The position numbers and the translations under genes are program-made. Shown here piece by piece: positions 12,800 to 26,682 of a stretch of 64,000 nt of DNA (position 1 is its first letter; each line of letters begins with the position of its first letter). The notes beneath the pieces are model-generated. The model was not told the DNA's origin and made no database searches. It worked only from the letters and a program-made list of their open reading frames with translations. This stretch comes from Narcine bancroftii. Lineage: Eukaryota. The stretch is taken from positions 18,228,001 through 18,292,000 of the forward strand of contig NC_091482.1 of NCBI RefSeq assembly GCF_036971445.1. The letters run 5' to 3'.

Positions 12800-15470
12800 T
12801 ATCAGTGCTGCAAGACTGCTTTGAGATCACAAACTGGAGCTGTTTCAGGGAGGCGGCCACCTATGACGGTCATGTAAACATTGAGGAGTACATGAGCTCA
12901 GTGACTCGTTACATCAGCAGGTGCATTGAGGATGTCACTGAGATCAAATGCTTCATAACCAGGACTAACCAGAAGCTATGGTTGGATGCATAGGTCCAGG
13001 TCCATCTCAGAGCTCGTGATGCTGCCTTCAGGACAGGGTGTAGGATGGCACTAAGATCAGCCAGGGCTGAACTCTCCCATGCAATCTCGAAGGCAAAGCA
13101 AGGGTACGTGCAGAAGATCCACAGATAGCTGTGCAACACTGGCGGCACGAGCCACATATGGCAAGGGGTCAAGACTACACCAGATCACAAGTCAACCCTG
13201 CAAGTTAGGAACAATGGCACCTCTCTTCTGGACAGGCTGAACACCTTCTATGCATGGTTTGATAAGAACAGGATGATGCCAAAGAAAGCTCTGTTTTCCC
13301 GATGAACAGGCCTTCTGCACAGCCGCAGACAAAATGAGAAGAACCCTATTCAAAATGAACCCACACAAAGTGGCAGGACCAGACAACAAACCTGGCTGGG
13401 TATTGAGGGATTATTGATGAAGATCCCCAAGGACTTCACTGTAGCTGTCCATTGTTCCCGCATCCACCATCATCCCGGTACCCAAGAAGGCAACAATAAC
13501 AGGCCTCAAAGACTACTGCCCTATGGCACTGATCTCCACCATTCTGAAATGCTTCGAGCATCTGGTGATGGGACACATCAAAGCACACCGGCAAGAGACA
13601 CTGGACCCATTTCAATTTGCCTGTAGAAGAAACCGTTCCACCGACAATGCTGTTGCCTTGTCCCTTCATTCCATCCTGGCCTACTAAAGAATGATACCTC
13701 ATACGCCAAGCTGCTGCTCTTTGACTTCAACTCGGTATTTAATATGATCACTCGTCAGAGGCTGGTGGAGAAGCTGTTTTCGCTGTGACTCAACACCCCT
13801 CTCTGTAATTATATTCTGGACTTCCTAATGGAAAGACAGTCTGTCTGGGTCAGTAGCAGAATATCGAGCAGTCACTCTGAGCACAGGCATATCTCAAGGC
13901 TGTGTGCTCAGCCCACTTCTGTTCATGATCCAACTCCAAGAGTGTCATCGTTTGCAGATGGCACAAACAATAGTTGCCCTCATCAGCAACAATGATGAGT
14001 CACACTACCGAGAAGAGGTGGAAAACCTCATGATATGGTGCAAGAGTAACAACCTGAGACTCAAAGGGGACAAAGTGAAGGAGATAATTGTGGACTTCAG
14101 GAGAACCTGGATCAACCACCCTCCACTACACATGAACAACTCTGTCGTGGAGAGAGTGGAGAGCATCAAGTTCCTTGGAGTTTACTTAACTAGTGACCTA
14201 TTGTATCACTCAACATCTCCTCACTTGACAGGAAGGTGCAACAGTGAAGCAGGCAAGGCTACCAACCACCATTCTGTCAACCTTCTATAGGAGCCCTGCC
14301 CAGCTGAATCACAGTGTTTTACAGTTGCTGCAGAGAAATGAATTGTAGGTCAATCCAAGGACCATAAGAGTGGCAGAGAGGATCACTGGTGTCTCCCTCC
14401 CCTCCACCCCCCTCCCCTCATCAATGTGATCTAACAGGATCATTGTCTGAAGAAGGCACGCAAACTCATTGAGGACTCCTTCCACCTGCTCACAGCATCT
14501 TTCAGCTGCTGTGATATGGGAGTATTAAGTCGTCACCCCTATTTATCGTTCATACCATGCTCACGTGGAAAAGATGAGATAGTGTTTCTCCAGGACCACA
14601 GAGTTTATGTACATAAATATAAGTTAGAATAGTTAAACAAATTGAAATATCAAAATATTAAGATGTATACAGTAAATGTCCACAGTACATTATCCACATC
14701 TGTTCTGGGAATTCAGGAGCCTGATGGCTTGGGGGGAAAAAACTGTTGCCCAATTTGGACGCGAGGGCCCGAGTGCTACAATACCTCCTTCTAGATGGCA
14801 GAAGGGAGAACAGTTTACTTGAAGGGTGTGTGGAGTCCTTCACAATGTTTATTGCCTTTCGCCTGCATCGAGTATTGTGGATGTCCTTCATGGTGGGAAG
14901 AGAGCCCCCAGTGATCTTTTCCGTTGACTTCACTATCCTCTGGAGGGTCCTGCGGTCAGAGGAGGTACAGCTTTCAAACAAGGCAGTGATGCAGGTGCAC
15001 AGTATGCTCTCAATACATCCTCTGTAGAATGTAGTGAGGATGGAGGGTGGGAAATGAACTTTCCTCAGCCTTCGCAGGAAATAAAGGGGCTGCTGGGCCT
15101 TCTTGGCTATGGAACAGGTGTTAAGTGACCAGGTGAGATTCTCCGCCAACTGCACTCCAAGGAACTTGATACACTTGACAATCTCAATGGTCGAGTCATC
15201 AATGGTCAGTGGAGCATGGCCCCCCCCGCCCGAGCCATCAGAGCCAGCACCACCAGGCTGAGGAACAGTTTCTTCCTATGAACAACGGGATTGCTCAATG
15301 ATCATAGAAACTGCTCACACAAATCATCCAAAACAATATTTATTTATTGATATAGATGAAATATTGTTTGTCCTGGATATGTATTGTCTGTCTGTATGTG
15401 CATTTTATCTGCTGCGTGTCTGTGTGCTTTGCACCGAGGACCAGAAAACACTGTTTCATCGGGTTGTACT
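12800..15470 (+). mobile_element. Decayed Rex1/Babar-like LINE ORF2 (RT) with a nested opposite-strand copy
   Basis: LQDCFEITNWSCF, QGCVLSPLLF-like and KFLGVYLTSDL remnants with stops and frameshifts. The sequence breaks at about 14526 and resumes at about 15236. Confidence 0.8.
14527..15230 (-). mobile_element. 5'-truncated Rex1/Babar-like LINE nested in the previous element
   Basis: ORF 14658-15155 (AKKAQQPLYFLRRLRK...FYRGCIESIL...HPSSKLFSLLPS...NSFFP) is the typical Rex1-type ORF2 C-terminus. Confidence 0.85.
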
Positions 15471-15671
15471 AGATCATGTGATGCATCAAAGCATTGGATC
15501 CCCACTAAAACCAAATGATTTTGAAGGATTGAATTTTAACATTAAAGTTTGCAGATGCAATGATTGTAGTGTAATACACAGAAGTGCTGGAAAAACTTAG
15601 CAGGTCGTGCAGCATTCATAACCAACATTTCAAATCAGAGCCCTTCATCAAGGTAACCATTGTTTTATATG

Positions 15672-15892
15672 GTGGCACGGTTAGGGTAGCAGTTAGTGCA
15701 ATGCTGTTACATCAATTGATCGGGTCCAGGGTTTGAATCCCACGCTGTCTGTAAGGAGTTTGTATATTCTCCCTACGTTGCATGGGTTTTCTCCGGGGGC
15801 TCCACTTTCCTCCCACAGTTCAAAATGTACCGGTCAACTGGATGTAATTCAGCAGCATGGTGTCGTGGACTTGTGACCATGGTGTATCTTTA
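15672..15892 (+). mobile_element. tRNA-derived V-SINE (HE1-like), nested in a Penelope-like inverted remnant (about 15570-15970)
   Basis: GGCACGGTT..GTTAG head and GGAGTTTGTATATTCTCCC..GGGTTTTCTCCGGGGGCTCC V-domain-like core. Confidence 0.75.
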
Positions 15893-17825
15893 AATTTTTT
15901 TAAATAGCTTTGCTTCCTATGGATGATGCATGACCTGCTGAGTTTCTCCAGCATTTTCGTGTGTTACACTAAAGTATTGTATGTTCTCTTGCTCCTAATT
16001 GATCAGAGATGTTTGAAGTTTTAGCTAATCCTGACAAATTTCTGTGCTTTGTCGCATACTGTACATAGTAAGCTTAGATTACGATATTATTACCAGTACC
16101 ACTTCTTCAAATACCATCTACGTCTTCTGTTGTTGCTTTGTAAAATTTCATCACCACAAAGGGCAAGAACAATTGATTCAGAAGGGAGAATTCACACACG
16201 CAAAGAAATAGAAAGGAGTCCAAAAGAAAAGTGAAATATCTCTTAATAAAATCTGCCATCTCAGTACACGTGAAATTTCAAAATGTATGGCATGAAGTTC
16301 AGACCTTTTCAAAATCTGTCAGTTTCAAAGAAGTCACGTTCGACGATCTGATCCCAAGATCAGCAGGCCAACAAGTGTTTCAACAAGAAATCTATTTTTT
16401 TTTAAAAACAACTCAAGTATAAAGTCCTGGTCAAACTGGTAAGAATAGCTGAAGAGGCAAATTTATGGTTAATGCACAAATAAAATCTTGAATGGTGTAT
16501 CTTTTATCCAGAGAAAATTACCTCAGCCGCTTACCAAAGTCTGCACGACTCACATGTTTATTCTATAAATATCTGAGCAGTGCACTTGCTTCAGTTTTAC
16601 TGCACTAAAAATAGGAACAAATGTCACCGCAGTGAATGATGTAGGAGTTTATGTAATTCATAAACTGCAACATAATGAAAATGTGCCTTTTCCTTATTGA
16701 GATATTAAAAAATCCAATGTCACTTCAGGTGCAGAATACTTGGACAGCGATATTGAACAGTGCATAGTTCGAAGAAGATCTATAATTTATTCAAAGCTGA
16801 AAGAAGAAACAAAGAGCAAGCCAAACATTATTTATTGTGCATGGAAATAAATGACTGTACAGTATATCTTTTTTTTCAATGCTTTCTCAAGTTCATTTAA
16901 CTTTGGAAGCAGGATAAAATCCCATCTATATAGATCATTAAATATAATAGAATTTCCAATATTGGAACTGGCTTTCCAATATTCCCTTTTCCCCAAATTG
17001 TATAAAGTTCCATTTTGTCTGATGGTTGACTCTGCCAGGGTTTAGAATTTCTATAGCTTTCCAAGTTTAAGGCAAAAGAATTGCCATCTGTAGTTTTGTA
17101 ATTGAGATCTATTAATTTTGAGATGTTGACCAGAGTAGCTAATTGCTATATGTTTTCAAAGTCTCCACTGAGAAAAATCTTATCTTTGTATCTTTAATGT
17201 GCATGAATGCTTTTCTTCTGAACGGTTCAATTATTTTGACAGCTGAGTGAGTAAGAATGCGATTAAAATCCAACATTCTGTTTAAGTGGGTGCCAAAAAT
17301 GGCACCATAGCCAAAGAAACCACTATTATCGGTCTTATTTGTTCACTTGTCTATTCAATAAGAAAGAGAAGGGATAAACCATCTGGTGCCTTTGGTACAT
17401 TTTTTTAATATTAAGTTCTGGTTTGTTTTTCTACAGAAATGATCTGTTAGTAATCGGTTGTTATTCTCTGCATTGATTTCTAAAAAAAAAAGTGACAACA
17501 AAGCTGCTGGACAAATTACTTTGGAGATTACTTCTGTTGCAGACATGGCATTTGACCAGACATTCATGAAACTCATCATCTTGGTGTGTTCTTGTATAAT
17601 GATGGCATAGAAAATGAGAAAAATATTAGAAAATAATATTCTCTGTAAAAATGAATACATTGCTTGTAAAAGTAAAATATAAAGTAATTTGGCAATGTAA
17701 AATAGATAATGAATTTTTTAAAAAAAACTGAATACTAGAAATCTAAAAAACAGGAAATGCTGAAAACAGTAGGTTTAGCCACATCTGTGGGAAGAGAAAA
17801 AGAGGTGTAATTTCAGGTCACACAT

Positions 17826-18726
17826 TCTACAGAACAAAGAACAGTACAGGCCCTTCACCCCTAGATGTTGTGCCAACCCATATATTCCTTCCTAAAATAA
17901 AGTACTAAACCCAGCAATCCTCTACTTTTCTTTCATCCATGTGTCTGTCCAAGAGCCTCTTAAATGCCCCAATTTTTCAGCCTCCACCACCATCCCCAGC
18001 AAGGCATTCCAGGGACCCACAACTGTCTGTGTAAAAAAACGTATCCCTGATGTCTCCTTTGAATTTCCCTCCCTTAACTTTGTACATATGTCCTCTGGTG
18101 TTTGCTGATGCTGCCCTGGGAAACAGGTGCTGGTTGTTCACCCTAACTCATAATCTTGTAGACCTCTATCAAGTCTCCTCTCATCCTTCTACATTCCAAA
18201 AAGTCCCAGCTTTGCTAACCTTGCCTCATGAGACTTGTTTTCCAATCCAGGCAATATCCTGGTAAATCTCCTCTACACCCTCTCCATTGCTTCCACATCC
18301 TTCCTATAATGAGGTGACCTACACTAAGTGTGGTCTTACCAGAGATTTGTCAAGTTGCAATGTGACCTCTCTACTCCTGAACTCAGTCTCCCTATTAAAT
18401 GAAGCCCAGCATCCCATGGGCCTTCTTAACTATCCTATCAATCTGAGGGGCAACCTTAATGGGGATGTATTGATTTGCACCCCAGGATCCCTCTGTTCAT
18501 CCATATTCTTAAGTAACTGAACATTAACCTTGTACTCAGCCTTCTGGTTTGACCTTCCATAATGCATCACCTCACACTTATCCACATTGAAATCCATCTG
18601 CCATTTTTCTGACCAACTCTGTACCTTGTCTAGATCCTTTCAACAACCTTCAGTTCCATCCACAACTCCTCCAACCTTTGTGTCATCTGCAAACTTACTG
18701 ACACATCCTTCTCCCTCTTCATCTCG
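17826..18726 (-). mobile_element. CR1-type LINE 3' part
   Basis: Reverse-oriented SKFADDTKVGG (ccaacctttgtgtcatctgcaaactt) and LVRPHL motifs; AGAACAAAGAACAGTACAG tail. Confidence 0.8.
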
Positions 18727-19421
18727 GTAATTTATATTTTCTTTTTAAATTACTCCCCACATATGCAGGCTGATCTGTTGAGCATTTCCAGAATTTTCTG
18801 CTTTTATGTAAAAGATGTCATTTGAATGATAAAATAACAGTAACTGTAAGTCACACACGGCACAGAATATGCCGTTTGCTCAATAAAATTTTACAGCTGG
18901 GTAAAATTCTATGGATTACTTAGATCATTCAGTCATTCATCCATCAAATTATTTGCTTTATATTGCAAAAAAAAACCTGAGTTCTTCCCAAATGGAATTT
19001 TTAAGCTGTTGCCTAATGGCTGCAGCTAAACCAAACCATAATATGCCAGATTTTGAACCTTTCTCTCTGTTTTTTTTGGGTTTTTTTTTTGAGAATGTTT
19101 GAACTCAAAATTTAGAGAGGGAGATACTTCATTCTGTTACTACTTCTAACCAATAAGAAAGGATGATATAGGGCTTGGATGATGCCCTCATTTTTGTTAC
19201 TTTCCAAAATGGAAACAATGGTTCAAATATAGAGGATAGTTGGATTTTACAGAATCCACACTTTGAGGAAAGGAAAATGCAAAAAAAAAGTCTTTGCCAT
19301 AGTCAGCATTCCTTGGAATTAGGGAATTGTGAATATCTTTGGGCAGTAGATGCTATGGTGTTTTGTAAGGGAATACTTAAGATGGGATGTGAGTGGGGAA
19401 AAAAGGCTGATAACTACTGTC

Positions 19422-20100
19422 TTAGGGGCACTATCTGAGGATCTTTCCTGGACCCAACACACTAATGGCATCATGAAGAAAATACATCAGTGCCTCTCCT
19501 TCCTCAGGAGCTTGCAGAGGTATGGTATGACAACATAAACCCTTGCAAATTTCTACAGAAGTGTGGTGGAAAGTGTGCTGACTGGCTGCGTCATGGTCTG
19601 GTATGGGGATACCAATACCCCTGTGCGTAAAGCCCTCAAAAAGGTAGTGGACACAGCCCAGGACATCACAGGCAAAACGCTCCCTACTATTGAGTACATT
19701 TACAGGGAACGCTGACGTCGGAGAGCAGCAGAATTCACACCGCCCACCATAGGCTCTATTCTCGCTGCTGCCATCAGGAAACAGGTATAGGTGCCACAAG
19801 ACTCGCACCACCAGGTTCAGGAACAGCTGCTACCCCTCAACCATCAGACTCCTCAACAACAAACTCAATCAGGGATTAATTTAAGGTCTCTTACTTGTGC
19901 ATTTTATTGATTTTCTTTATTGTTCTCTGCGTTGTAGTCAGTTAGTTTACATTCGTTAACTATTCACAGTTCTTTGTTTACATGTCTACACTGTGTATAG
20001 ATTTTTTTTTGCACTAACAATTAGTGGTAATTCTGCCACACCCACAGGAGAAAAGAATCTCACGTGATGTAATTTATGTTCTCTGACAATAAATCTGAAA
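19422..20100 (+). mobile_element. Rex1/Babar-like LINE 3' fragment
   Basis: [10 protein letters not shown]...FLRSLQRYGM, FYRSVVESVLTGC; 3' end CTCTGACAATAAATCTGAA. Confidence 0.75.
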
Positions 20101-20516
20101 TACAGAAGTGGTGCATCTTTTTTTAAAATTATCCATTAACAGATGGTTTTGGCAAAGCTGATTGCTCTTTACAAAGTGCAAGCAAGCCCTCTTCTTGTTG
20201 AAGACATTCCTACTGCATTTTGCGTAAGTTCCAGACGCGAGTCCAGCAAAAAATGAACAGCCACATATTTTCAAATGAGACGAGGGTATGACACAAAAAG
20301 ACATACCAACCGCAAGCAAGTCAATGTATTCAGAGATTATGAACATCAGTTGACAGTTAGAATTTAAGGAATCAGATGGTGCGTCACATATAGATACCTA
20401 GCTTCTGGCATGTTCACGTTTATTATCACCTGATTGTTCATATACAACCCGACGAAACAGCATCTCTCCAGACCATGGTGTACACGATTGCGTAAATAAT
20501 CAAAATAAATACATTT

Positions 20517-22286
20517 CCAATACCCTCCATAATCTTATGGATGGACACTATTTCCCCCCTTTATTTGCCCCTGTGCTCCAATTTTAAATTTGCAGTCAAA
20601 CAATTCACATGTGTTTATGAAGATTTTATTCAAGGTCATTTGGATACATTATGGTTTGACCATGTAGAAACTTTTCTTGATACATAGTTCCTCCATTTCA
20701 CCATAACATTTGGGACATTTGGCTTCAAGAGTGTTTCTGAGTGCTTGGTTATGTTTAATTGCTTCAGTGGTGCAGGGATAAGAGGGCTAGGCTTTGGAGG
20801 CTGTACTTGCCATTTTTCAATGTGAGGACCAGATTTGTGCCAATGAAAGTCAAAGAAGCCGTTATGAGGCTGTAAAATGAGAATAAAACAGTAAGAGGCC
20901 TCGCCCAAACCTTAGGATTACCAAAATCAAGTGTTTGGAATGTCATTTAGAAGAAAGAACGTACGAGTGAGCTCAGTAATTGCAAAGGGGGGGGGGTAGG
21001 CCAAGGAAGACTTCCACTGTTGATGTCAGAAGAATTCTCGTTACAATGAAGCAAAATCCTCACTCGCCTGTCCAACAGATCAGAAACACTCTTCAGGAGG
21101 TAGGTGTGGATGTCTGTTGTGTGAGGAACAAGTTCAATGGTTTCAAAGAGAATCAAAGCTGGACAAATGTTATCAATACTGGTCTTTATTTATGCACGGT
21201 GAATTCACAAAAAGAGCACATACTCACACAGCCAAGTAAATCACTTCTAAACAATCTCAACTCCAAATTGGGAATGCGAGGGTACAACAGTGTCCACCAC
21301 CCACAGGCATGGTATACAAAGTACACAAATAAATGAGGTTTAATCTTGCAGGGTCTACCACCCACAAGCACAGCATACCACATAGCTAAATTAATACATG
21401 CACATGAACCTGGTCTCCAGTATCACTGCTGCTCGGGATCCAGGACGGTCCCATCAAAGTCGGCCCTCCAGAGCTGCTCTTGGCTCACAGCCTGGAGCTC
21501 AGCAATGATCAGAACAAACAAATGCATGCACATGGACCTGGTCCCCAGCATCACTGCTGCTCTGGATCCAGACGAGCCCATCACAGTCAGCCCAATTACA
21601 GTATTTCTTGCAGACAAGAACACAGGTGCCACCTCCGTCTACGAGTAGGTAGTCCAAGATCATCCAACTCCTTCTTATGCCAAAGTGCCACAGCCACATT
21701 GTTGGCCAGCATCTCCACCACAGTGGCCATTCATCCAGGTGTCCTTCAGATTTAAGAGGCATTTGGATGCACGCATCCCAGATTGCAGCTGCTGTACCGT
21801 CCAATGGGAAGCCAGGGGTCGGCCCAGCAACCATGCTTCCAGGGTGTTCCATTTAGCCCCTGGGAACACCCATCTTTGCTGGGCTATTGGCAGCAGGTCT
21901 CTCATGCCTGGATACTGTTCCTCCTCATACTCCCATTGATTGTTCAGAACAGTGCTGGTTGTACCATCTACACGAGACCTGCTCACCGTTTGAAGACTCA
22001 ATCTGATAGTCGGGACTTTGTATTGGCCAGATTGTGCATAGGGAAAGACCTGTTCTTGAGCCACCACCCCTCAGAGGATCACTGAATGCGTGGCTGTTCC
22101 TGGTGTGGGGAAAAGTTGGTTGGCGATCGTTAGCTCTCCACACAAGAATCTCAAAACCTGTGGGGCTGGACAGTTTTCCTACAGATTGTTTTCAGTGTTG
22201 GCAGGGATCAGTGTTCATGACAGTCCTTCAGTAGCATTCAAGCTGTTGGGTCTATCAGTGTATTTGTCAGCCACACATCCAAACAC

Positions 22287-22356
<70 letters not shown>

Positions 22357-23610
22357 ACACTCATTCCAGTTTCCCCTATTTCATATTACCTGATCTGCAC
22401 ACTACCTCTTAGTGAAGGCGGCCATAGGACACATACATAGAACAAAGAACCCACACAAATGATCATTAATATTGTATGAAATAGTGACTGTACAGGTCTT
22501 GCCTAAACTCTTTGAACCCTGCTTGCCACGCCTATTGTTGCGTCCTAAAAGCAACAAGTCAGTTAGAATGTGATAACAGTCTTTGTTTACCTGTGAGATA
22601 AATTCTCCAGAGAATCACACTCACTCACAGATTACAGAAAGCCATCGCACCGGATGCAACTAAACAAGCTATTGTGGTGGCTCACCCACGTGGCAAGTCC
22701 ACAGCCAGTGGAGACCGAGAGGGCTCTGAGTGTGGAGCAGACCTCAGCCCAGAAGACAATGTCACTTCCACCCTGCAAAATATAGGGGGGGGTTTGCTGG
22801 GAGCAGGTTCTTAAACGCATGGTGATTCAAACAGGAAACGGTTCAACCAGTCCCTGCTCGACTCTGATTTGCTTTCCTTCGTTGTGATCAACGCGAGTAC
22901 ACTATAACTATAAACCATGCTAGATGGAGATATACAATAGATGAAACACAACAACAGTATCCATCACACCTTGACCTATTGCAGATATGGCATAAACATT
23001 TAAAAAAGAGAAAGTACAGTACCTTATCTGCTCAAGTTCAAGCAAATGCTTCCAAATTCACTTGTCAGGACAATTATCCCAAATATACTGCAAAAACAAT
23101 AAAGGGAGTTTTTCCAAAGATAAAATGGGAAAATTTTTGAGTGACCAAGTTAATCTAAATCCAATTGAGCATGCCTTTCATATGCTGAACAGAACACTTA
23201 CGGGGACAATCCCCCAAAACAAGCAGGAGCTGAAGATGGCTGCAGTAGAGGCCTGGTAGAGCACCACTAGAGAAAATACTCAGCACCTGGTGATGTCTAT
23301 GAATCAAACTCCAAGCAGTGACTGCATGCAACGGACTTGCAACAAAGTATTAAACAGTACCACTTTAATCTATGAGCCATTGCGATGCTTCAAACATTAT
23401 GGTGCCTTGAAATGAGGGGGTTAAGTATAAAAAGTGCTCAACTTCGACACAGTCAAACCAAAATGTATACAAATAACCTTGAATAAAATCTGGAATGTGC
23501 CCTTTAATCACATGTGAATTGTTTGATTACAAATTTAAAATGGTGGAGCACAGGGGGAAATAAAGGAAAAAAAAAATGTCTTTGTCCCAAATATTATGGT
23601 GGCACTATAT
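20517..23610 (+). mobile_element. Decayed Tc1-family transposon (long IR/DR-type TIRs) with an internal insertion of about 1.9 kb
   Basis: About 200-bp inverted repeats at 20517-20720 and 23390-23610. Transposase remnants: GRPRKTS..DVRRI..QIRNTLQEVGVDV (20980-21115), and QDNYPKYTAK plus NLNPIEHAFHML..QELKMAAVEAW (23015-23340). Confidence 0.85.
22290..22355. repeat. (TG)n microsatellite, about 33 units
   Basis: Read directly. Confidence 0.98.
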
Positions 23611-25405
23611 AAATATTAAGGGTGATTTGTCATTTGTGTCCATGTCCATCAGGATATCAGTGGTGTAGATCTCGGTCAAAATAATAACTGAATTTTTAAT
23701 AAGTGTTATTGGAGGTGATGACTGAATGATGTTTGTGTTGTACACCTTTGTCTGAATGTTGCCTAGATTGAGAGCAAACATGCACGCTTAATTTCTGAAG
23801 TTGCCATTGATACAAGCACCGTCTGATCCAAAGACATAGAAAAGCCATTGATAACACGATGATACAGCCAACACCATCCCATACAGTGGAGATTTACCTC
23901 CAATAACCACATCTATTTTCTTTGGTGTGCAATATGACTGCAGCTACTGTAGAATTTTGCTTTCACCAATAGCATTGCATTGAAGTTTTCAGCACTCTTT
24001 CGTGCCTCATTTATTCAGATATTGCCTTGTTCTCACAAGACAGTCCTGGCCTCTGGGCTATGAAGAGTTCTGGAACAAAGCAATTTTGGCAGAATACATA
24101 CGAGGAAGAGTGAGCAGATGAGCAAGTGCAACTATCAACAATATCTATGACTCCGTTATTGATAGAGAAGATGAGCCAGAGTGGAATTATCCCATTTTTT
24201 GTCAAAAAAGTCAATGGTTGGAAATGACGTATAATACAACATAGCTGGCTGTATGCCTGTTTGTGGAGCCAAATGTCCAAGTGCACGCCCCCACCCCCAC
24301 CCCCTCACCCCCACACTATAGAAACACGATTACTCCAAAATGCAATAAATACCAATAGGAGAATTAAAATGTTAAAATAATTAAATATTTATAAATATAA
24401 AAACATGTTTCCATAAAAACACAATCCAAGTAGACAAGATTGGAAAATACTTTCCAGTTAACATTTTAACAAATCAGTTTCTGTCTTATGTGCCCAAGAT
24501 TTTAAATGATGTAAATCTTTTGCAAACATTCAATCTTTCAACCATACAATAAAATAGTTACAAACACAGAAAAATTCCATGATACTCTAGACTCTCAAGT
24601 TTTAATAATTAGGCTGAAAACTTGAACAGGCTGTATTGTTAGAGATCTCAACCTTACACGTGGCATAAAAATAAGCAGTAACTTAAGTGCCTGCATGATA
24701 ACTACCTCTTTCATTTCTTTCCTATCCTTCTCACCACCCATACCCCTGAACATCACTTAATTATTCATTCAAAATTGATGGCTTAAGTTGATTATTTACC
24801 AGTGTTCTTAAAAACAACCAACTGAAGGTCATGCAAATTTGCTGAGATTTCTCTCTCCTACCTTGCAAACTTTAATTTTAGCTCCTGATCAGGATGTTGC
24901 GCCTCATTACAAAATGCACACATTTCACTTCTGGGTAAATTTATAAGAGTTCAAAATAAAAGTTCTTTGAATCTGCTAAGACCAAACATAGAATTATGGT
25001 TTTAGTCAATTATAAAACCCTGGGGGTACAAAACATGCTAAAATATACTGCTATTATAACTGTGATATTATTTATTTTAAGAAAATCAAGCTGCATTTAT
25101 TAAAAAGTGCAGCGTTAATGAAATCATAACTTCTTTACTTCTGACTGCACCAATTACTTTTTCCTCAAATGTTGTAATTTTGCTTTAAATATATCCCTGA
25201 TCAATTCTATTATCAAACTTTTTCTAACCTGATTTCAACTAAACCCAGTGATAGGGACAAGATTCGCAGAACACAATGAAGGGTTGCTGCCAGATTGATG
25301 CTGTATCAATTATATATTAAACAGCTTGGTGCATTTTTAAGTCCAGGTTCTCAACAATCAATACCCTTGTTCACTCATTTCTAACAGTATGCCCAATGTA
25401 ATAGA

Positions 25406-25633
25406 GGCGGCACGGTTGGCGAGGCAGTTAGCGCAACTTTACAGCGCTAGCGATCGGGACCTGGGTTCAAATCCCGCGCTGTCTTTAAGGATTTTGTATG
25501 TTCTCCCTGTGTCTGTGTAGGTTTTCCCCATGGGTTCCGGTTTCCTTCCACTGTTCGAAACGGACTGGGGTGTCGGTTAATTGGGCGGCATGGTCTCGTG
25601 GGCCGATATGGCCTGTTACCGTGCTGCGTGTTT
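25406..25633 (+). mobile_element. tRNA-derived V-SINE (HE1-like)
   Basis: A/B-box-like head (GGTTCAAATCC), V-domain-like core, GGCCTGTTACCGTGCTG tail. Confidence 0.8.
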
Positions 25634-26472
25634 AAATTTTTAAAAATTTAATATTCACAAATTACCTTGAACAATAACTTTTGTTTAAAAACAATCAAAT
25701 GTGGGTATATTATTGAACTCAATCAAATTATTAAACTACATATATATGCATTTTGTTTGAATCGATCGTGCAGATAGTTTATTTTACCTTTTGGTGACTA
25801 TTTTGCTAAAAACACAGCAACTACAAAATTCTTTAGTTTTAAGAAGCTGCAGTTTCAGTGGATGACCCCACACACTTAACTGCTTTAATGAAAAGCTTGG
25901 CAAAATGATTGAAAACAAAGTCACAGCCCAGTAATAGGTGAGCAATGGAAATACTAGGAGTAATCAAATTATGTTTTCAGTCAGGCCACAGAAAGTGTGG
26001 ACTAGGATAGATGTTTAATGGGCATCACTGGTTCCTGCAACAGCCTCTTTACCAACTAAAAAGCAATCCACCAATATGAATAAATGAAGGAATGTAATAC
26101 AAAATAGATTTTGATTTTTATATTGCCAAGATTCAGTTAGAAATTCAGGTGTTATCCAAAGGTTCTTTCATACTTGCAGATGCCCAAGATTGAAGCAAAG
26201 AACAACCTGCTGGAGGAACTCAGTGAATCCAGCAGCATCTGTGGAGGCAAAGGGTCGTCAACATTTTTTATTGACAGAGGGGAGATTTCATGACATTTTT
26301 AAGATTAATAAAAACATTATTTATGTAAAAACCAGTAAAATTTGATAATAGTGTAACTGCACCCAGAGTTTGTTCTTGCAATACAAAGCAGAAAACTTGT
26401 ATCTTCTTATAAAATCTTGGAAATATCCTAAAAACCTGGACTTCTTTAAATCTCATTAGATGCTTTGTCTTT

Positions 26473-26682
26473 AATTAGAGGTACTGCATGGTAACAGGCC
26501 CTTCTGGCCCACAAACCCATACTGCCCAAATACACCAATTAAAAATACAAACCTTGTACATTTTTGGAGGATGGGAGGGATTCGGAGCACCCAGAGGAAA
26601 CCCACGGGGAGAACATACAAACTTCTTACAGGTAGTGGCGGATTCAAACCAGATTTGTGAGCACTGCTAACCATGCTGCCCT
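26473..26682 (-). mobile_element. V-SINE (HE1-like)
   Basis: Reverse-complement similarity to the copy at 25406. Confidence 0.7.

Noticed and set aside
17500-17600. Minus-strand peptide QDDEFHECL resembling an FFAT motif
   Set aside because: It lies upstream of the PITPNM3 first exon, has weak splice signals and shows no further similarity; probably chance.
23690-24290. Protein-like stretch (PLGYEEFWNKAILAEYIRG...) in intergenic DNA
   Set aside because: Interrupted by stops, with no recognisable family or exon structure; it cannot be supported without a search.
25406-25480. tRNA-like A/B boxes in SINE heads
   Set aside because: No intact cloverleaf; they continue into V-SINE bodies, so they are not tRNA genes.
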